Source: an uncultured delta proteobacterium (lineage in GTDB: Bacteria; Desulfobacterota; Desulfobacteria; Desulfobacterales; Desulfosalsimonadaceae). From it: a stretch of 64,000 nucleotides of DNA. The notes beneath the pieces were generated by a model. That model was given only the letters and a program-made list of their open reading frames with translations. It had not been told where the DNA came from and made no database searches. This document shows positions 44,499 through 54,630 of the stretch, piece by piece (position 1 is the stretch's first letter; every line of letters starts with the position of its first letter). The DNA is taken from NCBI GenBank assembly GCA_963826785.1, contig CAWGYD010000006.1:992001-1056000 (forward strand). The letters are read 5' to 3'. Position numbers and translations under genes: made by a program.

Positions 44499-45491
44499 TT
44501 ATTCTCCCCTTTTGCTCAGGGCCTCGGCAAAGGCGAATGCCTGCCGGGTGAGTTCTGCCGGTATCAGTTCGGTCCGCATCTGTCCGGTTAGTTCCGGCAT
44601 GGCAAACCACTGCCCGGATGCGGTCATCACCACCTCCAGCCGTCCGTCATCTGCAGACACTGCGCCGCAGCCGGAGGCCCAGAAGAGCATCCGCTTGTCG
44701 ATGCGGCCCATGACCCGTTCCCCCCGGCCGAAAAATACCACTTTTTCATGGATGCCGACGTTGCGGTGCAGGGTGTATTTCAGGCGGACGGATACTCCGC
44801 CGTTTGCGGCTTTAAAGAACCCGGCCCATCCCATGGTTTCATCGAGCACCGCAAAATGGACCATGGGGTGAAACCCGCCGTTTTGGTGAAACCGCAGGAT
44901 GGTCTGTCCATCTTCCGGGTCAAATCCCGCAAAGGCGCATACCATGGGGCCATGGGGGGTATTATCCCAGAAATGAAAGCGCCGCTTGAGCCCCGGATGG
45001 ATTCGCTCCGCACCGCACACAAAACAGTTCCGGTAATGGGGAAGGGGGGTAAGCGCCCCCTGGAGTTTTGAAACGGAATCCGGGATATATGAGGCCGCCG
45101 AATCATCCTTTGCGGCATCGGATCCGGACCAATCGCCTGCGGGGATGATCTCGCCGGTGATATAGGGCATGGCCGCCCCCATGACGGAGATTTGACCGGT
45201 GATTTTGGCGCCGTCGGTTTCGACCACGACGTCGACTTCATCGTTCATGCGGGCTTCGGCTCCGCCCATGCGGAAGCTGCAGTGCAGGGGATAGGCCATT
45301 TCCGTCCCGTTTGAATCCGCATGGAGCCGCTGACCCAGTTCTAAAATCGCCCCCATGCCGATACCGCCGTGGGGAATGCCCACCCATCCCTCTTTTTTCG
45401 AATCCATCCGGAAATGCGCGCAGATCCGGTTTTTCTGTTTTTTGATACGTGAACCTTCGAATAAAAAGGCATGGACGAAATCGTCTGCCAT
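44499..45491 (-). CDS. Double hotdog-fold thioesterase family protein
   Basis: GIPHGGIGM in the first domain; CFVCG and VLDETMGW in the second (PaaI-like). Confidence 0.7.
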   Translation of the reverse strand: MADDFVHAFLFEGSRIKKQKNRICAHFRMDSKKEGWVGIPHGGIGMGAILELGQRLHADSNGTEMAYPLHCSFRMGGAEARMNDEVDVVVETDGAKITGQISVMGAAMPYITGEIIPAGDWSGSDAAKDDSAASYIPDSVSKLQGALTPLPHYRNCFVCGAERIHPGLKRRFHFWDNTPHGPMVCAFAGFDPEDGQTILRFHQNGGFHPMVHFAVLDETMGWAGFFKAANGGVSVRLKYTLHRNVGIHEKVVFFGRGERVMGRIDKRMLFWASGCGAVSADDGRLEVVMTASGQWFAMPELTGQMRTELIPAELTRQAFAFAEALSKRGE

Positions 45492-45722
45492 GGCATCCTC
45501 CTTGGGAAAAGACTCCCAAACTGTTGACCCGCATGAGAATTCGGCAAAGATTACCCCATGCGTTTATCGATGTAAAAGGAAAATTTCAATACTCAGATGC
45601 ATGAACGCATGCATCGAAAAATCCGTTTCCGGGATTCAAAAACAGCCGTGACAAAAAGGGGTGCATGTGCTAACCGATTTCTGTTGAGCGAAATATTGTA
45701 AATAAAAATCAAGTGACCAGAC

Positions 45723-46169
45723 ATGAAAACACAGCTGCAACAGCCCTGCAGGGCAAATCATATCATCTTGAAAATCTTTATCTTTCTGGCAGTTGCCGGA
45801 CTTTATCTCTGCCCAAAAACCGATGCCGCCGAAGCGCCCAAGTCCAGCCTGAAGCTGGATAAAGCCGCCATGTGCGAAGGGATTGCCGATTTTGCGCCCG
45901 TCAATCCGGGCATCGCCTTTTCCGTGACCGTGGGCAAGCTCATCTGCTACACCCAGTTTTCAGGCATCGAAGGGGATACCAGCGTGCTGCACAAATGGTA
46001 TCGCCGGGATGAACTGGTGACCACCAAGATATTGATGCTAAAATCCCCCCGCTGGTCCACTTACAGCAGCATCCAGCTGCGGGAATCCGACCGGGGCCCC
46101 TGGCGGGTGGACATCGTGGATGCGGATAACCGGGTGCTCGACGTACTGCGGTTTTCCGTGACGGAATAG
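45723..46169 (+). CDS. Exported DUF2914 domain protein
   Basis: Signal peptide, CYTQF, HKWY, WSTYSS, GPWRVDI. Confidence 0.8.
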   Translation: MKTQLQQPCRANHIILKIFIFLAVAGLYLCPKTDAAEAPKSSLKLDKAAMCEGIADFAPVNPGIAFSVTVGKLICYTQFSGIEGDTSVLHKWYRRDELVTTKILMLKSPRWSTYSSIQLRESDRGPWRVDIVDADNRVLDVLRFSVTE

Positions 46170-46173
46170 GAAA

Positions 46174-47604
46174 ATGGCATTCGAAACGCTGACCGGCATC
46201 ATCCGCTGGCAGGATGTGGTGGATATCCTGCTCAACAGCTATATCCTGTTTCGCCTTTATGTGCTGTTTCGCGGCACCCGGGCCATCCGGGTGGTCGGGG
46301 GGCTGGCCCTGCTGTGGGTGTTTCAGCGGGTCGCCGCTGAAATGGGGCTGATCGTCACCAGCTGGGTCATGCAGGGCATCATCGCGGTGGCGGCGCTGAT
46401 CATCATCATCGTATTTCGGAATGAAATCAGCAATGTGCTCCAGGCCCGGAACTGGCGGGCCATTCTGTGGGGCTTTCCCCGGAAAACGGCCAACACCCCC
46501 ATGGACATTATCACGGAAAGCGTCCATGAGCTGTCCCGCAGACGGATCGGCGCCCTGATCGTCCTGCCCGGAAAGGAAAACCTGGGTGAGATGGTGACCG
46601 GCGGCATCGAGTGGCAGGGGTTGATTTCAAAAGAGATGCTCCTGTCCATATTCTGGCAGGGCAATCCGGTCCATGACGGCGCCATTCTGGTGGAGGGGCG
46701 CCGAATCGCCCGGGTCGGCACCATCCTTCCTTTGAGCCAGCGAAAAGACCTGCCCCAGCGGTTCGGAACCCGTCACCGGGCGGCCATCGGACTGGCCCAG
46801 GAGACGGACGCCATGGTAATCGCGGTATCCGAGGAAACCGGCGGCGTGACCGTTGCCCGGGGAGACGACATCATCGATATCCGGGACAACCGCATGCTGT
46901 TAAATGAACTCCGGCAGCACCTGGGGATCGAATCCGGCAAAGCAGAAGGCATCCGGCGCGAAACCCTGGAACTGTCCGCGGTGGCCATGTTGTGCGTCAT
47001 CTGCATCACCGCGGTGTGGTTCAGTTTCAGCAAGGGGATGCAGACCCTGACCACCATCGAGGTGCCGGTGGAATTTACGAACCGGAACGTGAATTTAAAT
47101 ATCTTCGATACATCGGCCAGCACGGTCGATCTGTATCTTTCCGGGTCGGGGGCTCTGATCAAAACCCTTCAGCCGGCCCAGCTGAAGGTGGCCATCGATC
47201 TGAGCAAGGCGGCCATCGGAGAAAATACCTTCAATTTAAATGGCCATAACGTGGTGCTTCCCCCCGGCGTGCGGTTGAATCGCATCGAACCCGCATCTCT
47301 GAGGGTGACGCTGGACCAGACGGCAACCAAGAAGATTCCCATTCAGGTCAACTGGACGGGAAAAATCCCCGAAGGGCTGATCCTGGAAAGTGCGGTGATT
47401 TCCCCGTCCCAGATCAAGGTGACGGGCGCCAGTCAGCTTCTCAAAAGAACCGCCACTCTCTACACCGAACCGATCCAGTTGGATAAGCTGACCCAGTCCT
47501 GCCGCATTACCGCCAGGCTGGTCCTGGAATCCGCCTCCCTGCAGGTCAGCGAAGACCGCGTGGAGGTGCGCTGCACCATCGGAAAACGCGCCCCGGTCCC
47601 TTGA
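46174..47604 (+). CDS. cdaA: Diadenylate cyclase CdaA fused to YbbR/CdaR-like domain(s)
   Basis: Three N-terminal TM helices, DisA_N motifs VHDGA, GTRHRAA and SEETG, a further TM, then YbbR-like beta domains (V.LSG, LPPGV...IEP, KKIPI, SPSQIKVTG). Confidence 0.88.
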   Translation: MAFETLTGIIRWQDVVDILLNSYILFRLYVLFRGTRAIRVVGGLALLWVFQRVAAEMGLIVTSWVMQGIIAVAALIIIIVFRNEISNVLQARNWRAILWGFPRKTANTPMDIITESVHELSRRRIGALIVLPGKENLGEMVTGGIEWQGLISKEMLLSIFWQGNPVHDGAILVEGRRIARVGTILPLSQRKDLPQRFGTRHRAAIGLAQETDAMVIAVSEETGGVTVARGDDIIDIRDNRMLLNELRQHLGIESGKAEGIRRETLELSAVAMLCVICITAVWFSFSKGMQTLTTIEVPVEFTNRNVNLNIFDTSASTVDLYLSGSGALIKTLQPAQLKVAIDLSKAAIGENTFNLNGHNVVLPPGVRLNRIEPASLRVTLDQTATKKIPIQVNWTGKIPEGLILESAVISPSQIKVTGASQLLKRTATLYTEPIQLDKLTQSCRITARLVLESASLQVSEDRVEVRCTIGKRAPVP

Positions 47605-47632
47605 TCTTGCTCTTTTAGCTTTTCGTTATATG

Positions 47633-50248
47633 TTAAGCCGCCGATACGGCGCGCGGATCGATTTCAACGGTTTGAAACGTGATTTCCCCGTCCCTGGCAT
47701 CGGCCTCCACCCGGCTGTCCTCCGGAATCGCGCCTTTGAGGATCTCCATGGAAAGCGGATTCTCGATGTATTGCTGGATGGTCCGCTTCAACGGACGGGC
47801 GCCGAAGACCGGGTCGAACCCTTTTTCCGCCAGCAGGTCTTTTGCCGCATCCGAGAGCACCAGTTCGATGTTTCTGTCCGCCAGTCGTTTCTGCAGACGG
47901 GTAAACTGAATGTCCACGATCTGCCGGATCTGGGTGTGGGTCAGGTTGTGAAAAATGATGGTCTCGTCGATCCGGTTGAGAAACTCCGGCTTGAAATTGG
48001 CCCGCAGGGCCTGCATCACCAGGGTTTCCATCTCATCGCGCCGCGATTCCTGATATTCCTGGATCAGATGGCTCCCGACATTTGAGGTCATGATGATCAG
48101 GGAATTCTTGAAATCGACTGTTTTTCCCTGCCCGTCGGTCAGCCGTCCGTCATCCAGGATCTGCAGCAGGGCATTGAATACGTCCGGGTGCGCCTTTTCG
48201 ATCTCGTCAAAGAGCACTACGGAATAGGGCCGCCGGCGGACCGATTCGGTGAGGTAACCGCCTTCCTCATATCCCACGTACCCCGGGGGGGCGCCGATGA
48301 GCCTGGACACCGAATGTTTTTCCATGTACTCGGACATGTCCACCCGGATCACCGCCTGTTCATTGTCATAGAGAAACTCGGCCAACGCCTTGGCCAGTTC
48401 TGTTTTTCCCACCCCGGTGGGGCCCATGAAGATAAACGATCCAATGGGGCGATTGGGGTCCTGGAGGCCTGAACGGGCGCGCCGGACCGCGTTTGACACC
48501 GCGCGGACCGCTTCTTCCTGACCGATGATCCGACGCTTGAGGCGGTCTTCCATGTGCACCAGCTTTTCCCGTTCGCCTTCCAGCATCTTGTTGACCGGAA
48601 TGCCCGTCCACTTGGACACGATCTCGGCGATATCCTCTGCATCCACCTCCTCCCGCAGCATCTTGCGGGCTTTCTGGAGATCGGCCATTTTGGCCCCTGC
48701 CTCGTCCAGCTGTTTTTTAAGCTCATTTCGCCGGCCATAGCGCAGTTCGGCCACCTTTTCGAGATTGCCTTCCCGCTCGGCCTGCTGCTCCTGTATGCCG
48801 ACCTGGTCCAGCTGGGTCTTGATGGCCCGGATGGTGCCGAGGATCTCCTTTTCCTGCTGCCAATGGGCATTCATCCGATTGAAATCTTCCTTGAGCGATC
48901 CCAGTTCCCGCTCCAGCTTCTCCAGTCGATCGACACAGGCGCCATCCGTTTCTTTTTTCAAGGCCTCGCGCTCGATCTCCAGCTGGGTGATCTTGCGCTG
49001 AATCTCATCGATTTCCGTCGGCTTGGAGTCAATTTCGATGCGCAGCCGCGAGGCGCACTCATCGATCAGATCGATGGCCTTGTCCGGCAGGAACCGGTCG
49101 GTGATGTATCTCTCGGACAGCGTGGCCGCGGCCACGATGGCCGAATCCTTTATTTTCACCCCGTGATGGACCTCGTATTTTGATTTCAGCCCCCGCAGGA
49201 TGGAGATGGTGTCCTCCACGGTGGGTTCTGACGTCATTACCGGTTGAAACCGCCTTTCCAGGGCCGCATCCTTTTCGATGTACTTGCGGTACTCGGTGAT
49301 GGTGGTGGCCCCGATGCACCTCAGGGTTCCCCGGGCCAGTCCGGGCTTGAGCATGTTGGAGGCGTCCAGCGACCCCTGGGCCGCACCCGCCCCCACCAGG
49401 GTGTGCAGTTCGTCAATGAACAGGATGATCCTGCCTTCGGCCTTTTCCACTTCCTTGACCACCGCCTTCAAGCGGTCTTCAAACTCCCCCCGGTATTTGG
49501 CGCCGGCTACCAGTGAACCCATATCCAAAACGGCCAGTTTGCGGTTCTTGAGTGATTCGGATACATCGCCTTCCACGATGCGCTGGGCCAGTCCTTCCAC
49601 GATGGCCGTCTTGCCCACCCCGGGTTCGCCGATGAGCACCGGGTTGTTCTTGGTGCGGCGAGACAGCACCTGGGCAATCCGGCGGATCTCTTCATCACGG
49701 CCGATGACCGGATCGAGCTTTCCCAGTCGGGCCAGTTCGGTCAGGTCCCGGGTATATTTTTCCATGGCCTGGTATTTGTCCTCGGGGTTCTGGTCCGTGA
49801 TGGTCTGGTTGCCGCGGATTTCCATCAGCACCTTTAAAATGGATTCCCGGCCGAGCCCCGGCTGCTGGAATATCTTTGAGATATCGCCGCTTTTTTCGCT
49901 GGCCAGCGCCAGGAAAATATGCTCTATGCTGACGTACTGGTCCTTCATCTGGTCGGCTTCTTCGAATGCCTTTTCCAGCACCTTCTTGGTGCGGGAAGAA
50001 AGATAGGCATCCCCGGCAAATCCCTCCACCCGCGGCAGTCTGTCCACTGCCGCCCTGATCTGGCGGCTGATTTCATCGGCAGAAACACCGATTTTGCGGA
50101 AAATGGCCGTTACGATGCCATCGGGTTCCTCAAGCATGATCTGAAGCAGGTGCTCCGGCTCGATCTGCTGGTGATGCTTGCGCGAAGCAGCCGCCTGGGC
50201 ATTCTGAATCAGTTCCTGGGATTTGATGGTAAACTTGTCAAAACGCAT
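47633..50248 (-). CDS. clpB: ATP-dependent chaperone ClpB
   Basis: 871 aa; GEPGVGKT and GPTGVGKT Walker A motifs, coiled-coil M-domain, GAPPGYVGY. Confidence 0.97.
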   Translation of the reverse strand: MRFDKFTIKSQELIQNAQAAASRKHHQQIEPEHLLQIMLEEPDGIVTAIFRKIGVSADEISRQIRAAVDRLPRVEGFAGDAYLSSRTKKVLEKAFEEADQMKDQYVSIEHIFLALASEKSGDISKIFQQPGLGRESILKVLMEIRGNQTITDQNPEDKYQAMEKYTRDLTELARLGKLDPVIGRDEEIRRIAQVLSRRTKNNPVLIGEPGVGKTAIVEGLAQRIVEGDVSESLKNRKLAVLDMGSLVAGAKYRGEFEDRLKAVVKEVEKAEGRIILFIDELHTLVGAGAAQGSLDASNMLKPGLARGTLRCIGATTITEYRKYIEKDAALERRFQPVMTSEPTVEDTISILRGLKSKYEVHHGVKIKDSAIVAAATLSERYITDRFLPDKAIDLIDECASRLRIEIDSKPTEIDEIQRKITQLEIEREALKKETDGACVDRLEKLERELGSLKEDFNRMNAHWQQEKEILGTIRAIKTQLDQVGIQEQQAEREGNLEKVAELRYGRRNELKKQLDEAGAKMADLQKARKMLREEVDAEDIAEIVSKWTGIPVNKMLEGEREKLVHMEDRLKRRIIGQEEAVRAVSNAVRRARSGLQDPNRPIGSFIFMGPTGVGKTELAKALAEFLYDNEQAVIRVDMSEYMEKHSVSRLIGAPPGYVGYEEGGYLTESVRRRPYSVVLFDEIEKAHPDVFNALLQILDDGRLTDGQGKTVDFKNSLIIMTSNVGSHLIQEYQESRRDEMETLVMQALRANFKPEFLNRIDETIIFHNLTHTQIRQIVDIQFTRLQKRLADRNIELVLSDAAKDLLAEKGFDPVFGARPLKRTIQQYIENPLSMEILKGAIPEDSRVEADARDGEITFQTVEIDPRAVSAA

Positions 50249-50440
50249 GCTTCCTCCTTTTATGCGTCAGACGGCCGGATCTGGTTTTACAGCCGTCTGA
50301 ACCTTGTTTTCAGTCGGATTTAAAATAACCATATCTGCTGTATTGTCAATATGATCAGGTATTAAAATGGGACGGCCGTGTCGGGTTGGAATGATAAGCC
50401 GGCACATCGCCTCAGCAGCGGCCCGGACGGACCGGCCCTT

Positions 50441-50476
50441 TTTTAATTGACCTGAACCGGTCAATTAAAATAGAAT
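50441..50476 (+). promoter_or_regulatory. Perfect 12-bp inverted repeat overlapping a putative sigma70 promoter
   Basis: TTTTAATTGACC-tgaacc-GGTCAATTAAAA; TTGACC-N18-TAGAAT. Confidence 0.6.
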
Positions 50477-50653
50477 AAAATATATCAGTGGGTCATTTTT
50501 TTAAAAAACCAGTATGGCAAGATGGGGCGGACCCGCTGATTCAGAGGCGGGCCAGTCACTCTTTCATCTCAAGCGCCGGTAACATCCGATACACGCCAGC
50601 CAAATCCCGGAACCGATAATGTCCGCCGGAACCGGCAGCCTCAGGGGAATGCG

Positions 50654-51577
50654 ATGAGAAAAAAAAATGACATCAAACTCTATGACCTGATTGAGACGCA
50701 TGATCCCCAGGAGGTCTGGAAAGAAATCGTCACCATTCTTTCCCTGCTTGAGTCCAACATGATTAAAGAGCGCCTGCAATCCGTGTATGAGGACATCATC
50801 CGGCTCTTCAACGGGGATTATCCCGGATACCGGGCTTCCAATACCAAGTATCATAACCTGGAACACACCATCATGGTTACCCTGGCCACTGCCCGACTCA
50901 TCCACGGGGCCATCAAGGGCGGCCACAAATTCCATGTCGAAAATATCCTTCTGGGCCTTCTTGCCGCCCTTTACCATGATTCGGGTCTGATCCAGACCGA
51001 ATTTGACCGCAAGGGAACCGGGGCGAAATACACCATCGGCCATGAGAAGCGCAGTATCGATTTCATGCGGGAAAACCTGGCCCGCAAGGATTTCTCAGAA
51101 AGACAGACGGAGGATTGTGCACAATTGATCAAGTGCACGAACTTGAACATCGACATTGCCGAAATTATCTTTAGATCAAAAGAGTTGGAAACACTGGGCA
51201 AGATTGTGGGTTCAGCCGATTTGCTGGCCCAGATGGCGGATCGGCACTATCTGGAAAAACTCATTCTCCTGTTCAAGGAGTTTGAGGAAGCTGGAATCCC
51301 GGGCGTTGCGTCCGAAGAAGAACTGCTTGAAAAGACTGAAGGCTTCTATAAAAACGTGGCCCGGAAGCGATTAAACCGGGACCTGGACAACATCGCCGCT
51401 CATATGACGCATCATTTCAAATACCGGTGGGACATCGACCGGGACCTGTACATCGAATCCATCAAGAATAACATCAGCTATCTCAAATCCATGCTGGAAA
51501 ACGGGCAGAAACCCCCGTCTTTTTACCGCCGCTATCTGAACCGGGGCGGATTCTTCAAGTTCATCAAGGAAAAATGA
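50654..51577 (+). CDS. HD-domain metal-dependent phosphohydrolase
   Basis: YHNLEHT, LYHDSG, HEKRS, SADLLAQMA. Confidence 0.85.
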   Translation: MRKKNDIKLYDLIETHDPQEVWKEIVTILSLLESNMIKERLQSVYEDIIRLFNGDYPGYRASNTKYHNLEHTIMVTLATARLIHGAIKGGHKFHVENILLGLLAALYHDSGLIQTEFDRKGTGAKYTIGHEKRSIDFMRENLARKDFSERQTEDCAQLIKCTNLNIDIAEIIFRSKELETLGKIVGSADLLAQMADRHYLEKLILLFKEFEEAGIPGVASEEELLEKTEGFYKNVARKRLNRDLDNIAAHMTHHFKYRWDIDRDLYIESIKNNISYLKSMLENGQKPPSFYRRYLNRGGFFKFIKEK

Positions 51578-51706
51578 TCCTCGGGGGATTTTAGCCGATC
51601 CCTGTTTTTTTGAGGGTTTGACATGCAAATTGATCCGTGTCATGTTCCGACAGATAACGGAACGCCCCTCGTAATTTCCCGTCTTTTTTAACCGGCTGTT
51701 GAAAAC

Positions 51707-53400
51707 GTGCTGCAGAAGCCCACTACACAAACACCCCCGGCCACACCTGTCTTTCAATGCCTGAAGGCGCTCGCCCGGGAAAAAAATATGACCCGAAAGG
51801 AGTCTGTCACGGACCATCAGGGAGGCTGCCCTTTCCGGCTGCCCTTTCCCGGAATTGCTGATTCGCAGGGGGATTGCAAAACATGAAATCCTGAAATGCC
51901 TTTCCAGTCATTATCATCTGCCGACAGCGGAATATGACGAATCGATTTGCCCGGACCCGGCTATTTTTCGATCCATCGACCTGGAAAAATTAAAGCGGCG
52001 GTTATGGTTTCCGCTTTCGGTCACCGGAGATTCCGCCCATGTGCTTCTATACAATCCACAGGATGGCGCCCTCTGCCAGGAAATTACCGAAACATTAGAG
52101 CCGAAAACAGATCCGGTTTTCGGTGGCGCTTCCATCCGATATCATCCGATTTATTGAAAACCAGCAGGACGTCAATCCCGGTTTTCCGCCATGGGCCAGC
52201 CGGGTCTCCCTTGCCGGGCTTCGGGCCCGGCTTGCCGAAAACCGCACGACGCTGGCTCATTATCGAACTTCGATGGCCAAAGGCAGAACCGGTTTATCCT
52301 TCATCCGGACCGGAATTTCGTTTATTTCCATCGGCCTGGTGCTTTTCAGAATTTTTGGCATCGATTACTTCAACCTACTGGAGGCGGCCCTTGTCCTGGC
52401 CGGACTGGGCATGTCCATTGACGGACTGATCTGGTATTTGCCGGTGCGGGGGGCGGGAAAGCGTCTTTCCGATTACCCGGCGACGGATCCGACCTTCGGA
52501 TCGACGACCCTGGAACTCGGACCCGGGAAAACCGTAGCGGGACTCACCCGCACGCCCCCGATCGCGGGAGCGGAGCAGCTCCGCAGAAACTGGAACATGC
52601 TTTCGCCGGTCATGAAGCGCCGATTCCTGGCCATCGACCGAACCGACCTGGCAGACAACCGCACCTTGCTTGCCTACTACCGCACGGTAATGGCCCGTGC
52701 CCGAACGGGATTGGCGTTCGCCCGCACGGGGATTTCGTATATCGGGTTGGGAATTTTGCTCCTTCGACAATTTTCCGCCGGGCCCTGGAGCATCCTGGAT
52801 GGCATTCTCATTCTTCTGGGCGTTGCCATGAGCATGGAGGGATTTAACTGGTACCTCAGGGGTTTGAACGCCGGGAAGGCCAGCTTGAAAACCATCAAGA
52901 AGGCCACCGGGAGCGTTTCCATATGGGATTTCATGTTCAATCCGTTGCGCAGGGATGCCTGCTCCGACGGCGCCGACGACCTCCCTTCTGCATTCTGCAT
53001 CGACTGCTCCTGGGCGCCGGGGATATGGGGGACCACGGGCCTCGCCCTGGAACGGACCCTGCTTGCCGAAAGGCGCAATCTGAAGGCACAGCTTCGCACG
53101 GTCATGGCGCGGTCCAGAACCGGAATGGCATTTGTTCGGACGGGGGTCAGCATTTTTTCGGTGGGCATAGGGCTCCTGCTGTATTTCGGTACGGCCAATC
53201 CGTTCTGGACCGGTTTTGAGCTGATCCTGGCGGGGATCGGGTTGTTTTTCATTGCCGACGGCTTGTACTGGCATATCCCGGCCGAGAAGATCCGCAATGC
53301 GTTCCCGTATTGTTACGGGGATATGGAAATAATGATTCCGGATTATGCCCGGCCCGCTTCCTCCTGGAAAAAGATCGTGCTGGATAATGAATATATCTGA
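51707..53400 (+). CDS. T2SSE_N/MshEN-like domain plus three DUF202-like membrane repeats (apparent frameshifts at ~51800 and ~52105; start uncertain)
   Basis: ELLIRRG..HEILKCLS.HY..P.AEYD...WFPL......LLYNP N-domain; three copies of LA..RT.LA..RT.MA..RTG.xF.RTG followed by two hydrophobic helices. Confidence 0.72.
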
Positions 53401-54623
53401 CAGGGACATGGGGCGTGAAATGCAAAAGTTTCAATCCCTGATCGATACCGGGCAGCTGAGGGCCGAAGATCTCAGCGACGCCTGTGATGCCGCGGATGGC
53501 CGGAATATCTCGGTTGAGAAAATCCTTCGGTCCGAATACGGCATTGCGCGCCGCAAACTGCTGGAGGCGCTGGCCTCTTATTTTGATTGCGGATGGGTGG
53601 AATACGATGAACGGCTGCCGGTCCCGTTTGAACTGCTGGCCGGTCTGGACCGGGAGCCGCTTTATGCCCAGAAATGGTTTCCGGCCATAAAGGAGGGGAA
53701 TACCGTGATCATTGCCGCTGTGGACCCAAAAGACATCGAAATGATCGCTGCCGTAAAAAAACTGATCCCGGCCCCGCTGCATGAATTCCGGGTGGCGCTT
53801 GATGAAGACGTCTGCGCATTCATCGCCGATTTTTTAAATTCCGCTCCGGACCACCTGATCGGCAATGAGCGGACCGGCCTTGCCTTCTGGCGAAACACCA
53901 TGAGCCGCTGGCGCACGCGCCTGGCTTCCTACCGAACCGACTTCACCATGGCCAAAACCCGATTGAGCCTTCTGCGGGGCGGACTGGGATTGATTATTAT
54001 CGGCGGGACCATTCTGCGCATGCGGCCGGACAATCGCGCGCTATGCTGCTGGATGATGATCGCTGCGGGCCTGGGCGTGGTGATTTACGGGCTGATGGGT
54101 TATTACCGGATCAGAAGATCAGCGCCCGCCCCGCCCCGCCATCAGACCATGGTGGAAGTAACGGGAGCGACGCTTTATTTTTTTGAAAATTTCCAGTTCG
54201 TCGAGAACCGTCCCCGGGTTTCTCCTTCGAAGAAAGACCATGCTGGCCCGCATCGCCGATAACATTTCCAGCAATTGCGTTCGGATCGATTCGTCCTTCG
54301 ACCAGAAGGACCGTTCACGGCTGTCCCACGAGCGGACCTCAATGGCCGCCCAGCGCACCATTTTAAGCGCTTACCGAACCATGTACGCCCGTGCCCGGAT
54401 CGGTCTCGCATTTATTCGGACCGGCGTTGCCTTCGTCAGTATCGGCCTGGGTTTGATCGGGTATTTTGGTTTCAATCTGATGACCGTATTTGACGGACTC
54501 CTGATTTTGGCAGGCCTGGCCATGGTGATTGACGGGGTGGTCTGGTACTGGCCGGTGCGCAAGGAACAGCACGAGGCCTCTCTTTGTGCCATTATGCAGC
54601 CCGATTGCGCCCTGAAGGAATAA
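53387..54623 (+). CDS. T2SSE_N/MshEN-like domain plus two DUF202-like membrane repeats (apparent frameshift at ~54233)
   Basis: FQSLIDTGQL..EDL...VEKILRSEYG...LLEALA.YF...WFP......IAAVDP; repeats NERTGLAFWR... and HERTSMAAQRT...AFIRTG. Confidence 0.75.
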
Positions 54624-54630
54624 AACAATC

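Noticed and set aside
50654..51577. Anti-phage (CBASS/Pycsar-like) system interpretation
   Set aside because: No nucleotide cyclase of those families is adjacent, there is no defence-island or mobile context, and composition matches the core genome
51707..54623. Type II secretion / type IV pilus ATPase (gspE/pilB) call
   Set aside because: Only the N-terminal domain is present; there are no Walker motifs and no other T2SS/T4P genes
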